The notes beneath the pieces are model-generated. The model was not told the origin of the DNA. It worked only from the letters and a program-made list of their open reading frames with translations, and ran no database searches. The translations under genes and the position numbers were made by a program. Positions 13,801 through 24,646 of a stretch of DNA of 64,000 nucleotides are shown piece after piece. This DNA comes from Octopus bimaculoides (lineage: Eukaryota): the NCBI RefSeq assembly GCF_001194135.2, contig NC_068984.1, positions 1,444,980 through 1,508,979 of the forward strand. The letters are read 5' to 3'. Position 1 is the stretch's first letter. Each line of letters starts with the position of its first letter.

Positions 13801-16800
13801 GTCGTAAAGTTATGCTCTAAACTCTGTTGTTTGTAAGGTCTGAACTTGTGGTTATGTTGTTTGAAGCCCACTAAAAAACAAAACAGAAAACACATCTAAA
13901 CACACATGTTGGTACACATAGACACACACGTGTACAAACAAAAGCAGCAATAGAACAGACTCAAGATACACACATACAGATAGACACGAATATAATACAG
14001 CATACCATTAGCTTCATCCAAAAGTTGTTGAATATGATCAGCCAAATGTTGTCTAATCTGCAGCTTTGCTTTGGCCTCGTTACCGAAACTGGTAAACTTC
14101 TCACAGCACTTGTCTGGTATTAAGAAACATTGGTAAGTAAAGTTCCGTGTCATTTCATTGCATGTCATCTCAGAGAAGAAATTAAGCAAAGATTTTTCAG
14201 ATAACATTTGGATCTGCTCAAGGTTTAATATATCAAGGCACTGGATGCTGCGTTTTGACATCTAAAAACAGGACATAAATAAAAGAAGTAAAACAAAACA
14301 TGTTCTAGCCAAAAAATACCAAATTTGCTTGGATACTGAGTTTAAAGTTTGGAACTGCCAATGGTGCAAAGAAGAGTTCTTAGCAGTAAAACAAACATAT
14401 AAAAAATTAATACAGATAGCATATAAAGCCTGTGTATGTCACAGGAACTAGATACAGGGCACAGAAGTGAAGTTGTACCTTCAGTGACACTAACAGTACA
14501 GACCGCACTTTAATGGACACAATACAGGAGGCATATGTCACTAAGTGCAAGTATGTCAAGATATCAGATGGAATGTGGTTACAAAATCTTAGAAGCTGGG
14601 ATTCAAGAACCAATTTCTGTTTGAAGTTGAATATTGAAAATGTTTTTTAACTGAAAATATTAGGCACTGAAACATCACTGGATCTTGCATTTATTCATAC
14701 AGGTCAATTGTCTAAACTTTGTCAAAGATATTGTATTCTGCAGGAAAGTATTTTATAGATTGCAATTGCGAAGGAGAAGGAGGTGGGTAGCAGCAGCAGC
14801 AGTAGTTAGAATACACAATTCCAAATGTTGTAGCAAGTATAGGCTATGTGGGTATGTTCACTTTGTAACTCTGTGGATTTGGGTTCAATTCCACAGCAAT
14901 GACACTTTGGGCAAGTGTCTTCTAATATCGCCTTGGATGGACTAATGTTTTCTAAGTGAAATTTGGTAGATGAAAATCATGTGGACTACTGCATTAGCAA
15001 AATAAACTGATAAATAGACATCAAACAAAAATATTTTGGGGTATTTCTTCAGCAGGAGTTGCACAAACACTCCACTTTCATGCTCACCAGTGAAAATATA
15101 GCCAGAAACTGGTTGATCCATTGGAAGCCTTTACTTTGGTTTATAAAATGTACAAAGTAAAAAAAAATATAAAATATACTTCAGACCCTTAGGGAAATGT
15201 CTTGACATATTGAAATATCCCTATCTTTGAGGTGCTATAAAAGAACCAGAAATCTCATCAGAACATATATAGAAAAGACATCCAAACTATGCAGCAAATC
15301 TAAAAATAGATGAATATAAATGACTAAAAACCTTTTTAGTTGCAATTTTTGACTGAAGTTTTTCACTATTCTGCAAAGTATCTGCAGCAACTTGAGCTAA
15401 AACATCTAAAGACATGTAGGTTGTCTGTTCAATAACTGATCCATTCATCCTTTCATCTAGTCTTTCAGTATTACACGGTTCATAGATTCCTGGAATGAGA
15501 AGAAAAAAAACATTAGTAATTTATGAAATAGCATTTATCCTATCAAATGTATTTATTCAAAACACATAAACAAAAAAGAAGAAATTCACAAAATCAGAGT
15601 TAACTAACTGAAATTTATAAATCTCTTTTACTCTTTTACTTGTTTCAGTCATTTTGACTGCGGCCATGCTGGAGCACCACCTTTAGTCAAGCAAATCGAC
15701 CCCAGGACTTATTCTTTGTAAGCCTAGTACTTATTCTATCGGTCTCTTTTGCCGAACCGCTAAGTTACAGGGGACAAACACAGACACACAAATACACACA
15801 TATATATACATACATATACATATATACGACGGGCTTCTTTCTGTCTACCAAATCCACTCACAAGGCTTTAGTCGGCCCGAAGCTATAGTAGAAGACACTT
15901 GCCCAAGGTGCCACGCAGTGGGATGGAACCTGGAACCATGTGGTTGGTAAGCAAGCGACTTACTACATAGCCACTCAAAAATAATTTTTGTTTGTGTGCA
16001 GGTAGTATACACAACTCCCAAATCAATAAATGTTATTTAGCTCAGCTAGACCAATAGGGCAATATTTTGATGTAGTGTGGGTTTCCCCAGAACAGGGTTC
16101 AAGTAAACAACATCTGAATCAAACTTGCGATAAACTTTTAATTAAAATTTCTGTGCCAATCATCATCTAATGTCCACTTTCCATGCTGGCATGGGTTGGA
16201 CGGTTTGACCCAGCTGTGTGATTAAGAGGTTTGTTTCCCAACCACATGGAAAGGCGACACTGGGCACAGGTGCCATGACGATTTCGCTCTCAGACAAAAT
16301 TATACTTGTGGCTCTGCTGATGACTAATAAGCCAGGCTCTCAATAAACACACGTCCCCAAATATCGCAGATTAAGCTACCCCCATTCACTACAATGGCAG
16401 TGCGTTTTTGAGCAACTTGCTTAAATTCAGCACATAAAGTGTAGGTTTCTTTTCCAAAATACCCAATCCTCCTTTCTTTACTTGTTTCTTCCATTGGTGG
16501 TGATGACAAGCATTGTTTTCCCTACTGACACGCCATGTCTCACATATCTTTAATGAGAACTTTACACAATCCTTAAATCACAGACTTCTTTTTGCCAAGG
16601 ACATTCTCCACAAACAAATTTGCTAAAAAGTACCTGGTCAGGGATTCATCTGATCATTCATCCAAACAAGGAGTTCAGTCCAATGGAAATGGTGCTTTTG
16701 CAGCATCACTCAGACTGTCAGCTCCCTTTAAGACCTTGTCTGGAGTTTGCAATGACCAGCCAACATTCTGAATGTATCTCAGTCATCTCTGATGGAGGTT

Positions 16801-18698
16801 TTTTCAAAGACATTTACATGATGCCTGTAAAGGGTCCATGTGAGTAAAGGAGCAACATCTACACATTACACAGCAACTTTTGTTCATTTTGCGATGCTAT
16901 ACTAGGACCAGACATGAGACTTGAGAGCCCTGAAGGAATCAGTTGCCTTCAGAAGCTTTAAAGATATTTCATCATCCAAAGAACAAGAAGAGCTGAGTGC
17001 GTTGCTACAGTGGACAAGCTTGTCTGTGACTTCCAGTACAGTTCTTTCAGCTAAGAGAGATGGTTTCACATTTCGCTCATAGCACTTCTCCTGTATCTGT
17101 CTTGCTGCAAAAATCATATGCATTATTCTTCGTCTACCAGAACAAAAGCCACATTAAGATTCAGAGAGGAAGTCGTTTGCAACGTGTTTATTCAGACAGG
17201 TGAGAAGAATACTTGCCAACAGCCAACAGTAGAGCAGTAACTCTATGGTTATAATATATTCTGCCTCTCTTTCCTTTATTGAAAAGAAGGATAATTGCAA
17301 CTCTCCAACCCTTGGTGACCATAGCTTGGAGCAGTAATCTAAGCAGCTGAGGACAATTGTCCTCCAGAGGACCATCATAGTTTCCTGTTCTCTCATTATG
17401 AAAGTTGTAAGAATCCATTTGGCCAGTCTGCTGCCTTTTATTGTCAAGTTAGTAATATGCACCTGGAAAGATGCATCATTACTCATGTCAATGCCCAGGT
17501 TGCATACCTATGTTGATTCAGGAATTGCAATACCTCCTGGCCAGGATATCCTGTCTGCATTTCATTCAGTCTCAAGCACTGGTAGTGCATGGCTTTGAAT
17601 TTCCCAGCATTAAACTGCATGTTATTGTCCTCAGCCCACCTGTATATTGTCTCCAACTTGTGTCACAAGTGCACAACATCTCCAGGGTTCTATATTCTCT
17701 GAGAGGCTTTTGTATCATCTGCACAGCTAGCAAGAGTGGCTACCTGAGCAGCCGAGGGCATGTCTAAGTGAGCTGAGTGAGCCACTATAAAAAGAAAAGG
17801 GTCTAAGACAGTGCCTTGTGGGACACCACCAACTACTTGTGTTTCCTAAAAAAGTGGTTCTACTGACCACCACTGCCTGACTTTTATCTTTTAAAAAGTC
17901 ATGCAGTCACTCTCCAAGTTTTCTGACTATACTGAGATCATGCATCTTGTGACATATCAGACCATGGTTGACTTAATCAAAGGTATTTCAAAGTCATGAT
18001 ATATCACATCCAAGTTTGAGTTGTTGAGTGCTATAAGAGCTGTCAGGCAGCTTGTATTTCAGGAAATGCAATTACTTTCCTTTCGACATTTTACTCCATG
18101 ACTTTACTGATGTGTGAGGCTAAACAGATAGGACTGTAGTTTTTAGCATCTGCTCTGCTTCCTCCTTTATGGATAGGACATATTATTCCCTCCTTTAACT
18201 TGCAGGGGAGCTTACCACTTGAAAGGAAATTCTGAAAGTATCTATGTATAGATATGTGAGTGCATGTGTGATAATGATATGCACATACATACATATGTAC
18301 ATGCATACACACACACACACATATATATATATACATGCATACACACACACATATATATACTTGCATACACACACACATATATACATACACACATATATAT
18401 ACATGCATACACATACACATGTATATACATACACATATGTACATATATATACAAAGACATACAATATATACATACACAAATATACACCCGTATACATGCA
18501 CATATATAAATACATATACAGTACACATATATAAGCATACACAGACATGTGTGTGTATATATATGCTTTATTAGGCTGTACTAGATATCTCAGCATTATC
18601 CTCCTAAAGATGCAACAGTCCGATAAACGTACAAACACTAAAACAGTTTAATGAACATGGTTATACACACAAACAAGAGTTTAAAAATACAAGACCTG

Positions 18699-18780
<82 letters not shown>

Positions 18781-19147
18781 NNNNNNNNNNNNNNNNNNNN
18801 NNNNNNNNNNNNNNNNNNNNNNNNNNNNNNNNNNNNNNNNNNNNNNNNNNNNNNNNNNNNNNNNNNNNNNNNNNNNNNNNNNNNNNNNNNNNNNNNNNNN
18901 NNNNNNNNNNNNNNNNNNNNNNNNNNNNNNNNNNNNNNNNNNNNNNNNNNNNNNNNNNNNNNNNNNNNNNNNNNNNNNNNNNNNNNNNNNNNNNNNNNNN
19001 NNNNNNNNNNNNNNNNNNNNNNNNNNNNNNNNNNNNNNNNNNNNNNNNNNNNNNNNNNNNNNNNNNNNNNNNNNNNNNNNNNNNNNNNNNNNNNNNNNNN
19101 NNNNNNNNNNNNNNNNNNNNNNNNNNNNNNNNNNNNNNNNNNNNNNN

Positions 19148-19182
<35 letters not shown>

Positions 19183-19756
19183 GCACACACGTGTTTTTAC
19201 ATATAGACAAATAATGACTGCATGTGCATATTTCTATATGTATATATTACGCTTTGAAAAATATCTTTACATATATATATTCCATACATACATAAATATA
19301 TACACACACGTGTTTATACTGAATTCTATACATACATAGATATATACATAAATATATTTACTTTTTTTCTTTTATAATTAAATATAACACTTAATATTTA
19401 AAAACGTATGCTTCTAGAAATGTGTGGATAGGTTCTGTGATTGACAGAAATTAACGAAGAGCTATATAAGTGTATCGATATATAAAATTATGAATAATCG
19501 AGGGAGAGAAAGCGAATGGAATCCCAAGAAGACGAAAACTGAAAACAACTGCAAAACTTCTTCGAGTTTCCCCGTAGCAGCCGACATAAACACATTGAAC
19601 CTATTAAATCCACTAGAAAATCATCCAATACAGCTCAAATCGTTTCATTAACTACCAAAGCCTGGTTCTATATACTTTTCAATGAAATTCACCTTTGATT
19701 CCTGTCCCTTTTCTCGACTTTTTCCAAGGTTTTCCTTTCAGCTTTCCTGTCGCCAT
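1808..19756 (-). CDS. Multi-exon C2H2 zinc-finger transcription factor (9 coding exons, 2037 nt, 678 aa)
   Basis: Exons 19756-19693, 15489-15332, 14261-14006, 12904-12836, 12129-11332, 6192-6035, 5734-5599, 4398-4253 and 2059-1808 all have GT-AG boundaries and matching phases. They join into one open frame from MATGKLKGKPWKK to GLNES*, with four C-terminal C2H2 fingers. Confidence 0.9.
3400..4100 (-). mobile_element. RTE-clade LINE reverse-transcriptase fragment
   Basis: QFGFVPGRSTTD, LAFVDMDKALDRVP-like and GIHxGSILKPLLFNVVLQAI motifs; same family as 21905-22530. Confidence 0.85.
4253..4398 (-). CDS. ZNF coding exon 8, finger 2 and first half of finger 3
   Basis: GIKPFVCLLCRTSFTRQHSLNYHMLIHNDQSRFTCKDCGRKFRHPSHFK; acceptor TTTTCAG, donor AAG|GTAACT. 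Confidence 0.93.
5170..5585 (+). mobile_element. Two head-to-tail copies of a second tRNA-derived SINE family
   Basis: GAGTTCAAATTCCACCGAGGTCGACTTTGCC...GTACCAGTT...GGGCCTTGTG. Other copies at about 41960-42077 and 52235-52400 (+), and 28470-28720 and 58860-59050 (-). Confidence 0.75.
5599..5734 (-). CDS. ZNF coding exon 7, finger 1 (CQICLNKTFTASATLMYHYRSH)
   Basis: C2H2 motif; acceptor TATTCCAG, donor G|GTAAGT. Confidence 0.92.
6035..6192 (-). CDS. ZNF coding exon 6 (KPYPPMPK...DDLER)
   Basis: Acceptor GTTATTCAG, donor AGA|GTAAGT, 158 nt, acidic sequence. Confidence 0.85.
8373..8448 (-). ncRNA. Minimal type I hammerhead ribozyme motif (Penelope-associated), intact core
   Basis: CTCAT-CTGATGA-[imperfect long stem II]-GAAAC-AGCT-GTA-ATGAG; 5-bp stem I, palindromic stem III, GUA cleavage triplet. 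Confidence 0.7.
8373..10060 (-). mobile_element. Decayed Penelope-like retroelement fragments (RT remnant and GIY-YIG C-terminal region)
   Basis: YTNI (SLYTNIP-like) at about 9290-9305; HDHYSSFK...IQELKDNNVKF and WNIIRIAKPY...RLCNME at 9680-9870; hammerhead at the 3' end. Confidence 0.55.
10080..10790 (+). mobile_element. Penelope-like pseudo-LTR/3' end, inverted relative to the adjacent remnant
   Basis: Pyrimidine-rich 3'UTR-like tract followed by the hammerhead motif; abuts the minus-strand Penelope fragments. Confidence 0.4.
10509..10589 (+). ncRNA. Minimal type I hammerhead ribozyme motif
   Basis: GGC-CTGATGA-G-TAGCTAG...CTAGCTA-G-GAAAC-AT-GTA-GCC. Confidence 0.6.
11332..12129 (-). CDS. 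ZNF coding exon 5 (large low-complexity linker, DHCY motif, poly-Asn run)
   Basis: Core of the 327-aa ORF 11213-12196; acceptor ATTCTAG, donor A|GTAAGT, 798 nt. Confidence 0.9.
12836..12904 (-). CDS. ZNF coding exon 4 (DTERKYRFIFTAEPVHVRQRRLS)
   Basis: Strong acceptor TTTTTCTACTGCAG, donor CAG|GTAACA, 69 nt, phase 1 to phase 1. Confidence 0.8.
14006..14261 (-). CDS. ZNF coding exon 3 with atypical zinc finger
   Basis: Acceptor TTTTTAG|ATG, donor G|GTATGC, 256 nt; encodes YQCFLIPDKCCEKF...IRQHLADH. Confidence 0.85.
15332..15489 (-). CDS. ZNF coding exon 2 (IYEPCNTERL...SLDVLAQVAADTL...ATKK)
   Basis: Acceptor TTCTTCTCATTCCAG, 158 nt open, phase 1 to phase 0. Confidence 0.8.
15622..15976 (-). 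mobile_element. tRNA-derived CORE-like SINE, near full length
   Basis: Head GAGTGGCTATGTAGTAAG with A- and B-box-like motifs, CCTTGGGCAAGT box, tail (GTAAAAGA)n. Confidence 0.8.
16840..17130 (-). mobile_element. RTE-like RT remnant
   Basis: MIFAARQIQEKC motif. Confidence 0.5.
17150..18640 (-). mobile_element. CR1/L2-like LINE RT remnant split by a compound microsatellite
   Basis: ICPIHKGGSRADAKNYSPICLASHISKVME, GVPQGTVL and LDYCSKLWSP, with many stops. Confidence 0.75.
18245..18780. repeat. Compound (CA/TA/TACA) microsatellite field ending at an N gap
   Basis: Seen directly; source of several spurious ORFs. Confidence 0.95.
19693..19756 (-). CDS. ZNF coding exon 1 (MATGKLKGKPWKKSRKGTGIK-G)
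   Basis: AAAAATGGCG start context; donor AAG|GTGAAT in phase 1; upstream acceptor TTATTTGTAG ending at 19808. Confidence 0.8.
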
Positions 19757-19759
19757 TTT

Positions 19760-20322
19760 TCTCACTTGTAATTTCGGCGTCTCGTCTGCTAAGCCTCGTT
19801 TTCAAAACTACAAATAATCTTGTTACCAAAGTATTTCTTTCACTCTTAAACTACTTTCTTCATCACAACACAAAACAATGCACAGAAATGAATCAGTGTT
19901 TTTGGTGTGTTTTCTTTTTTTGCTTTTAAAGTACTTACTAAATCCATTTCTTGCAAGAATATTTACAACCTTATAAGAGAAAACGAAAAATAAGACGAAA
20001 TAAAAATAATGTTTAAAACGTTATGACCGACCGACCAGCCGACCAACCGACCGACCGGTACAACAAAGCAATATTTTTAACGATAATATAGAGGGAGGGT
20101 GGGGAGTGGAGGTAGACGGGGTTACAGCTGTATACAGACATACTTATAATATATATATAATGTATATATAATGTATATTTATTTATATATATTGACATAT
20201 ACATACATGTAAATATATATATATAGATATATTCAATATTTACTAAATTCTTTAACAATGCGTTTGGACGTCTGCGCGCGCTTATATGCCTAAAAACATC
20301 TGTGTATACGTGTGTGTGTGTG

Positions 20323-20361
<39 letters not shown>

Positions 20362-20620
20362 TTATATATATATATATATATATATATACACGCACGTGTG
20401 TGTGTACATATGTATGTGTATAAACATGCATGCTTTAGTTCCCAAACAATAGAGAAAATTAATCGATACAAGGGACGAATGTATACTACACTTCTTGTAG
20501 TGCTGCGCTAAGATTACTTTTGGTAAATACTCAGAGTTTCTTGACGGCGACCATCGTCACTCGATTGGGGAACACCGCGGAACTCTGAGCGGCAATAATT
20601 ACATCGCACTATTATGACAA
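19760..20620. promoter_or_regulatory. Putative promoter and 5'UTR region of the ZNF gene
   Basis: Locally CpG-enriched in a CpG-poor window; non-coding exon donor GTAAGT at 19938-19933; (GACC)n tract at about 20035-20057. Confidence 0.5.
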
Positions 20621-21145
20621 ACACGCACGCACACACGTGTGTAAGTGTATGTATGTGTATGTGTATATATATATATGTGTGTGTGTGTATATGCGCGTAT
20701 GTAATTGTATGTGTGTATATGTGTGTGTGTATTTATGCACATATGTTTACATATGTGTATCTATTTATGAAAAAATATGTATGTATTTATATGTGCATGT
20801 GTGAATACATACATACATCCATATATATATATATCATCATCATCATCATCATCGTTTAACGTCCGCTTTCCATGCTAGCATGGGTTGGACGATTTGACTG
20901 AGGACTGGTGAAACAGGATGGCAACACCAGGCTCCAGTCTAAATTTGGCAGAGTTTCTACAGCTGGATGCCCTTATATATATATATATATAAAATCAGGT
21001 AAAAGTAATAAACCTCATTAAGGGATCATAAATCCAATGAAAATGCTGGTTAGTTACTAATCTATAGAAAGTTCAACTAATAAGGTAAACATATAAACCA
21101 TGGTTTTAAATATTTAAATATCTATATATATACATATAAGGTGCA

Positions 21146-21467
21146 GGAGTGGCTATGAGGTTAGCAGCTTGCTTACCGACCACATGGTTCCAGATTCGGT
21201 TCTACTGCATGCCACCTTGGGCAAGTGTCTTCTCCTATAGCCTTCGGCTGACCAAAGCCTTGTGAGTGGATTTGGCAGATAGAAACTGAAAGAAGCCTGT
21301 TGTATATATATATTTGTGTTTGTCCCCCCATCATCGCTTGACAGCTGATGTTGGTGTGTTTACGTCCCCGTAACCTAGCAGTTCGGCAAAAGTGACTGAT
21401 AGAATAAGTACCAGGCTTACAAAGAATAAGTATGGTTGCGGTCAAATGACTGAAACAAATGAAAGAC
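21146..21467 (+). mobile_element. tRNA-derived CORE-like SINE
   Basis: Same family as 15622-15976. Partial copies at about 10850-11000, 14845-14990 and 37340-37490. Confidence 0.8.
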
Positions 21468-21904
21468 CACAGCAGACAGGAGAGTGCAATAGATTCTTTC
21501 CTCATCTCTGCCAGTGTCCTCAGGTGGTCCTACAACCCATGCTAGCATGGAAAGCGGACGTTAAACGATGATGATGATATTGCCAGTAAATCTTCAGTCC
21601 GGAATAGAAACAGTAGAGCAATTAAAGATAGTTATGGGGTTAGCCAAGGTTTCCCATTCATAAAGCGCTTAGCTCTACAGCATTTCTTCCAACCCTACTG
21701 GCCTATGGCCTCTTTAAAAAATATATATACATGCACACATGTATATATATACATTGAGAGATGTATATATGTCTATCTATCTATCTATCTATATAATATA
21801 AAAGCAGCAGAAATATAACAAATATTACTCTACCTCTGGTATCTATATTATATATGATGATGATGATGATATATATTGATGATATATATATATATATATA
21901 TATA

Positions 21905-22530
21905 TATCCCGATCCCTTATCTTGTGGTCAATGTGGAAACTGGGAATAGATGAGTGGTTGGTAAGAGCTGTATAAGCCCTGTATAGGGATGCTGTCAGTA
22001 AGGTGAGGGTTGGCAATGAGTACAGTGAAGAATTCCGGGTAGAAGTACGGGTTCCCCAAGGACCAGTCCTCTGCCACCTCTTATTCATTATAGTCCTCCA
22101 GGCATTAACAGATGAATTCAAGACAGGGTGCCCCTGGGAGTTCCTCTAAAGACCTAGCTCTAATAGCCGAGTCACTACCAGATGAAGTTTAGAGTGTGGA
22201 AGCAAGATCTAGAATCAAAGGGCCTTAGAGTTAACCTAGCAAAAACCAAAGTCTTAGTAAGTAGGATGGCAGACAAATCACAAACCCCTTCAGGTAGATG
22301 ATCCTGCTCGCTCTGTAGAAAAGGCGTAGGTAGAAACTCCATACAATGTACCTGGTGTAAGCTATGGACACATAAAAGGTGCAGGAATACCAAAGGAAGG
22401 TTAACTGGGAAAATAGTTTTTGTGTGGCAGATGCACAGGAGCAATAAACACTGAAGATGTACAGAAAACAGAGTCCATCACATGTGATCAACTACATGTG
22501 ATGGAATCACATGTAGTTGATAGCTTCCGT
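21905..22530 (+). mobile_element. RTE-clade LINE RT fragment
   Basis: KLGIDEWLVRAV...SKVRVGNEYSEEFRVEVRVPQGPVL..LLFIIVLQALTDEFKTGCPWE...LESKGLRVNLAKTKV. Confidence 0.88.
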
Positions 22531-22544
22531 TAGGTGACTGAGTC

Positions 22545-23655
22545 TGTACATGACAGAGAAAATTTATGAAAGAAGCTGCATGAAATTTTGCCAAAAGACT
22601 GGTGAAACCTGAGCAAAGACCAACACAAAATTGCAGAAAGTGTATAGGAGAGGAGTGTATGAGCTGGACATGAGTGTATGAGTGGTTCAAATGTTTCCAA
22701 GATGGCTGACAAAATGTCAACAGTGGCACATGTTCCGGGAGACCCACAACCAGCAGAACTAATGGAAACATCACAGATGTATCTGCAGCTGTTTGGAAAG
22801 ACTGTTGCATCACTGAGCATGAATTGTCGGAGGATGTAAACATTAGTTGCAGCTCAGTTCAGTCCATTCCTATTTAAGATTTGGGAATGGGACATGTGTC
22901 TGCCAAGTTTGTGCCAAAACTGCTTTCAGATGACCAGAAGAAGATCAGGTTTCAACTGCACAGAATCTCCTTGATTGTGTCAAGGAAGATGGAAACTTTT
23001 GAAAATCCTCAGAACAGGTGACAAACCATGTGTTTATCACCATGATCCCAAAACCAAAGCTTAATCCTCACAGTGGAAGATTCCAGCCTCTCCAAGAACA
23101 AAGGAAGTGCAAACAAGTCACAGCAATATGGTGACACAGTCTTCTTTGACTACGAGGGCATTGGTCATCATCAGCATGCCCTACCTGGTCAGACAGTTAA
23201 CAAGGAGTACTACTGTAATATGTTGTGGTGCTTGTAGGATGCTGTTTGTCAGAAAAGAACAATTGCATGCATCTAGTAAGTGGCAACATCACCATGACAT
23301 CACACCTGCCCATTCAGTGCCCCATGTGCAGCAGTTTTTGGCCAAGCACAACATTCCCCGTCTGACGACCACCCTATTCCCTTGGTCACGCCTCTTGCAA
23401 CTCTTTCCTCTTTCCAAAAATCAAATCCCGTTTGAAAGGAACATCATTTCAAGATGTCAAGAGAATGTGATGAGGAAGCTGCTTACTATCCTAAAAAAAG
23501 GAGTTCCAGGAATGCTTCCATCTATAGAAATGATACTGGATAAAGTCTGTAGCTTCAAGAGAGGAATACGTCAAAGGAGATTAAATGCTAAATTGGTCTG
23601 TTTGTAATTTTCTTTTTTATAACACCAGTCCCAATACTTTTTGATCAGACCTTGT
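22545..23655 (+). mobile_element. Decayed mariner transposon
   Basis: VYEWFKCFQDG, AKFVPKLLSDDQK, TGD..CVYHHDPKTK and HHDxTPAHS; 3' TIR-like TACTTTTTGATCAGACCT. Confidence 0.85.
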
Positions 23656-24565
23656 TGGAAAAACCTGGGATGAGGTGGTGAAGCATGACCTTCAAACATT
23701 GGGCCTTACCGAGGCAATGACTAGTGACCGGGAACTTTGGAGATATGCTGTGCTTGAGAAGACCCGACAAGCCAAATGAGACCATAACCCATGCCCTATG
23801 CCAGTGGGTGTAACCAGCCGACTTATGAATACCCCTCATTCATTGGACAATAAACTTTGCTTGTGAAGATCTATTGAGGCAAGTGAAATCAAAATCAAAA
23901 TCAAAATCAAAATTGCTGACGTGGCCGATGACAGTACTGCATGATTGGCACTTGTGCCAGTGGAAAGTTAAAAGCACATCCAAACGTGGGGTGTAACCGG
24001 CCCACTTATAAGTACTCCTCATTCATTGGACAATGAACTTTGCTTACAAAGACCTATTGAGGCAAGTGTAAACAAATCAAAAATTGCTGATGTGGCCGAT
24101 GACAGTACTGCCTGATTGGCACTCGTGCCAGTGGAACGTTAAAAGCATATCCAAGAGTGATCATTGCCAGGGCCATGGATTGGCTCCCATGCCAGCAACA
24201 TGTAAAAAGCACCATTTGAGCATGATTGTTGCCAGCATTGCCTTACCAGCACATGTGCCGGTGGCACGTGGAAAACAACATTCAAGCGTCGTCATTGCCA
24301 GTGCAGCTGGACTGGCTCCTGTGCAGGTACCTCGTAAAAACACCTTTTAAGTGTGGTCATTGCCAGAACCGCCTGACTGGCCCTTGTGCCGGTGGCATGT
24401 AAAAGCACCCACTACACTCTGAGAGTGGTTGGCATTAGGAAGGATATCCAGCTGTAGAAACATTGCCAGATCAGATTGGAGCCTGGTGGCGCCTCTGGCT
24501 CACCAGTCCTCAGTCAAACTGTCCGACCCATGCCAGCAAGGAAAGTGGACGTTAAACGATGATGA

Positions 24566-24570
<5 letters not shown>
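23645..24570 (+). mobile_element. RTE LINE 3' end: ORF terminus, modular 3'UTR and (GAT)n tail
   Basis: WDEVVKHDLQTLGLTEAMTSDRELWRYAVLEKTRQAK*, then repeated TGGCACGTAAAAAGCACC modules and GGACGTTAAACGATGATGATG. Confidence 0.8.

Positions 24571-24646
<76 letters not shown>

Noticed and set aside
18091-19339. Many long ORFs of (YI)n/(CV)n/(HT)n and X
   Set aside because: Translations of dinucleotide microsatellites and N gaps. The same applies to ORFs at 20013-20859, 27374-27940, 28020-28481 and 41656-42152.
19939-19947. MDL as the ZNF start spliced directly to exon 15489
   Set aside because: Wrong phase (stop after 13 codons). ATG 19756 gives a fully open frame.
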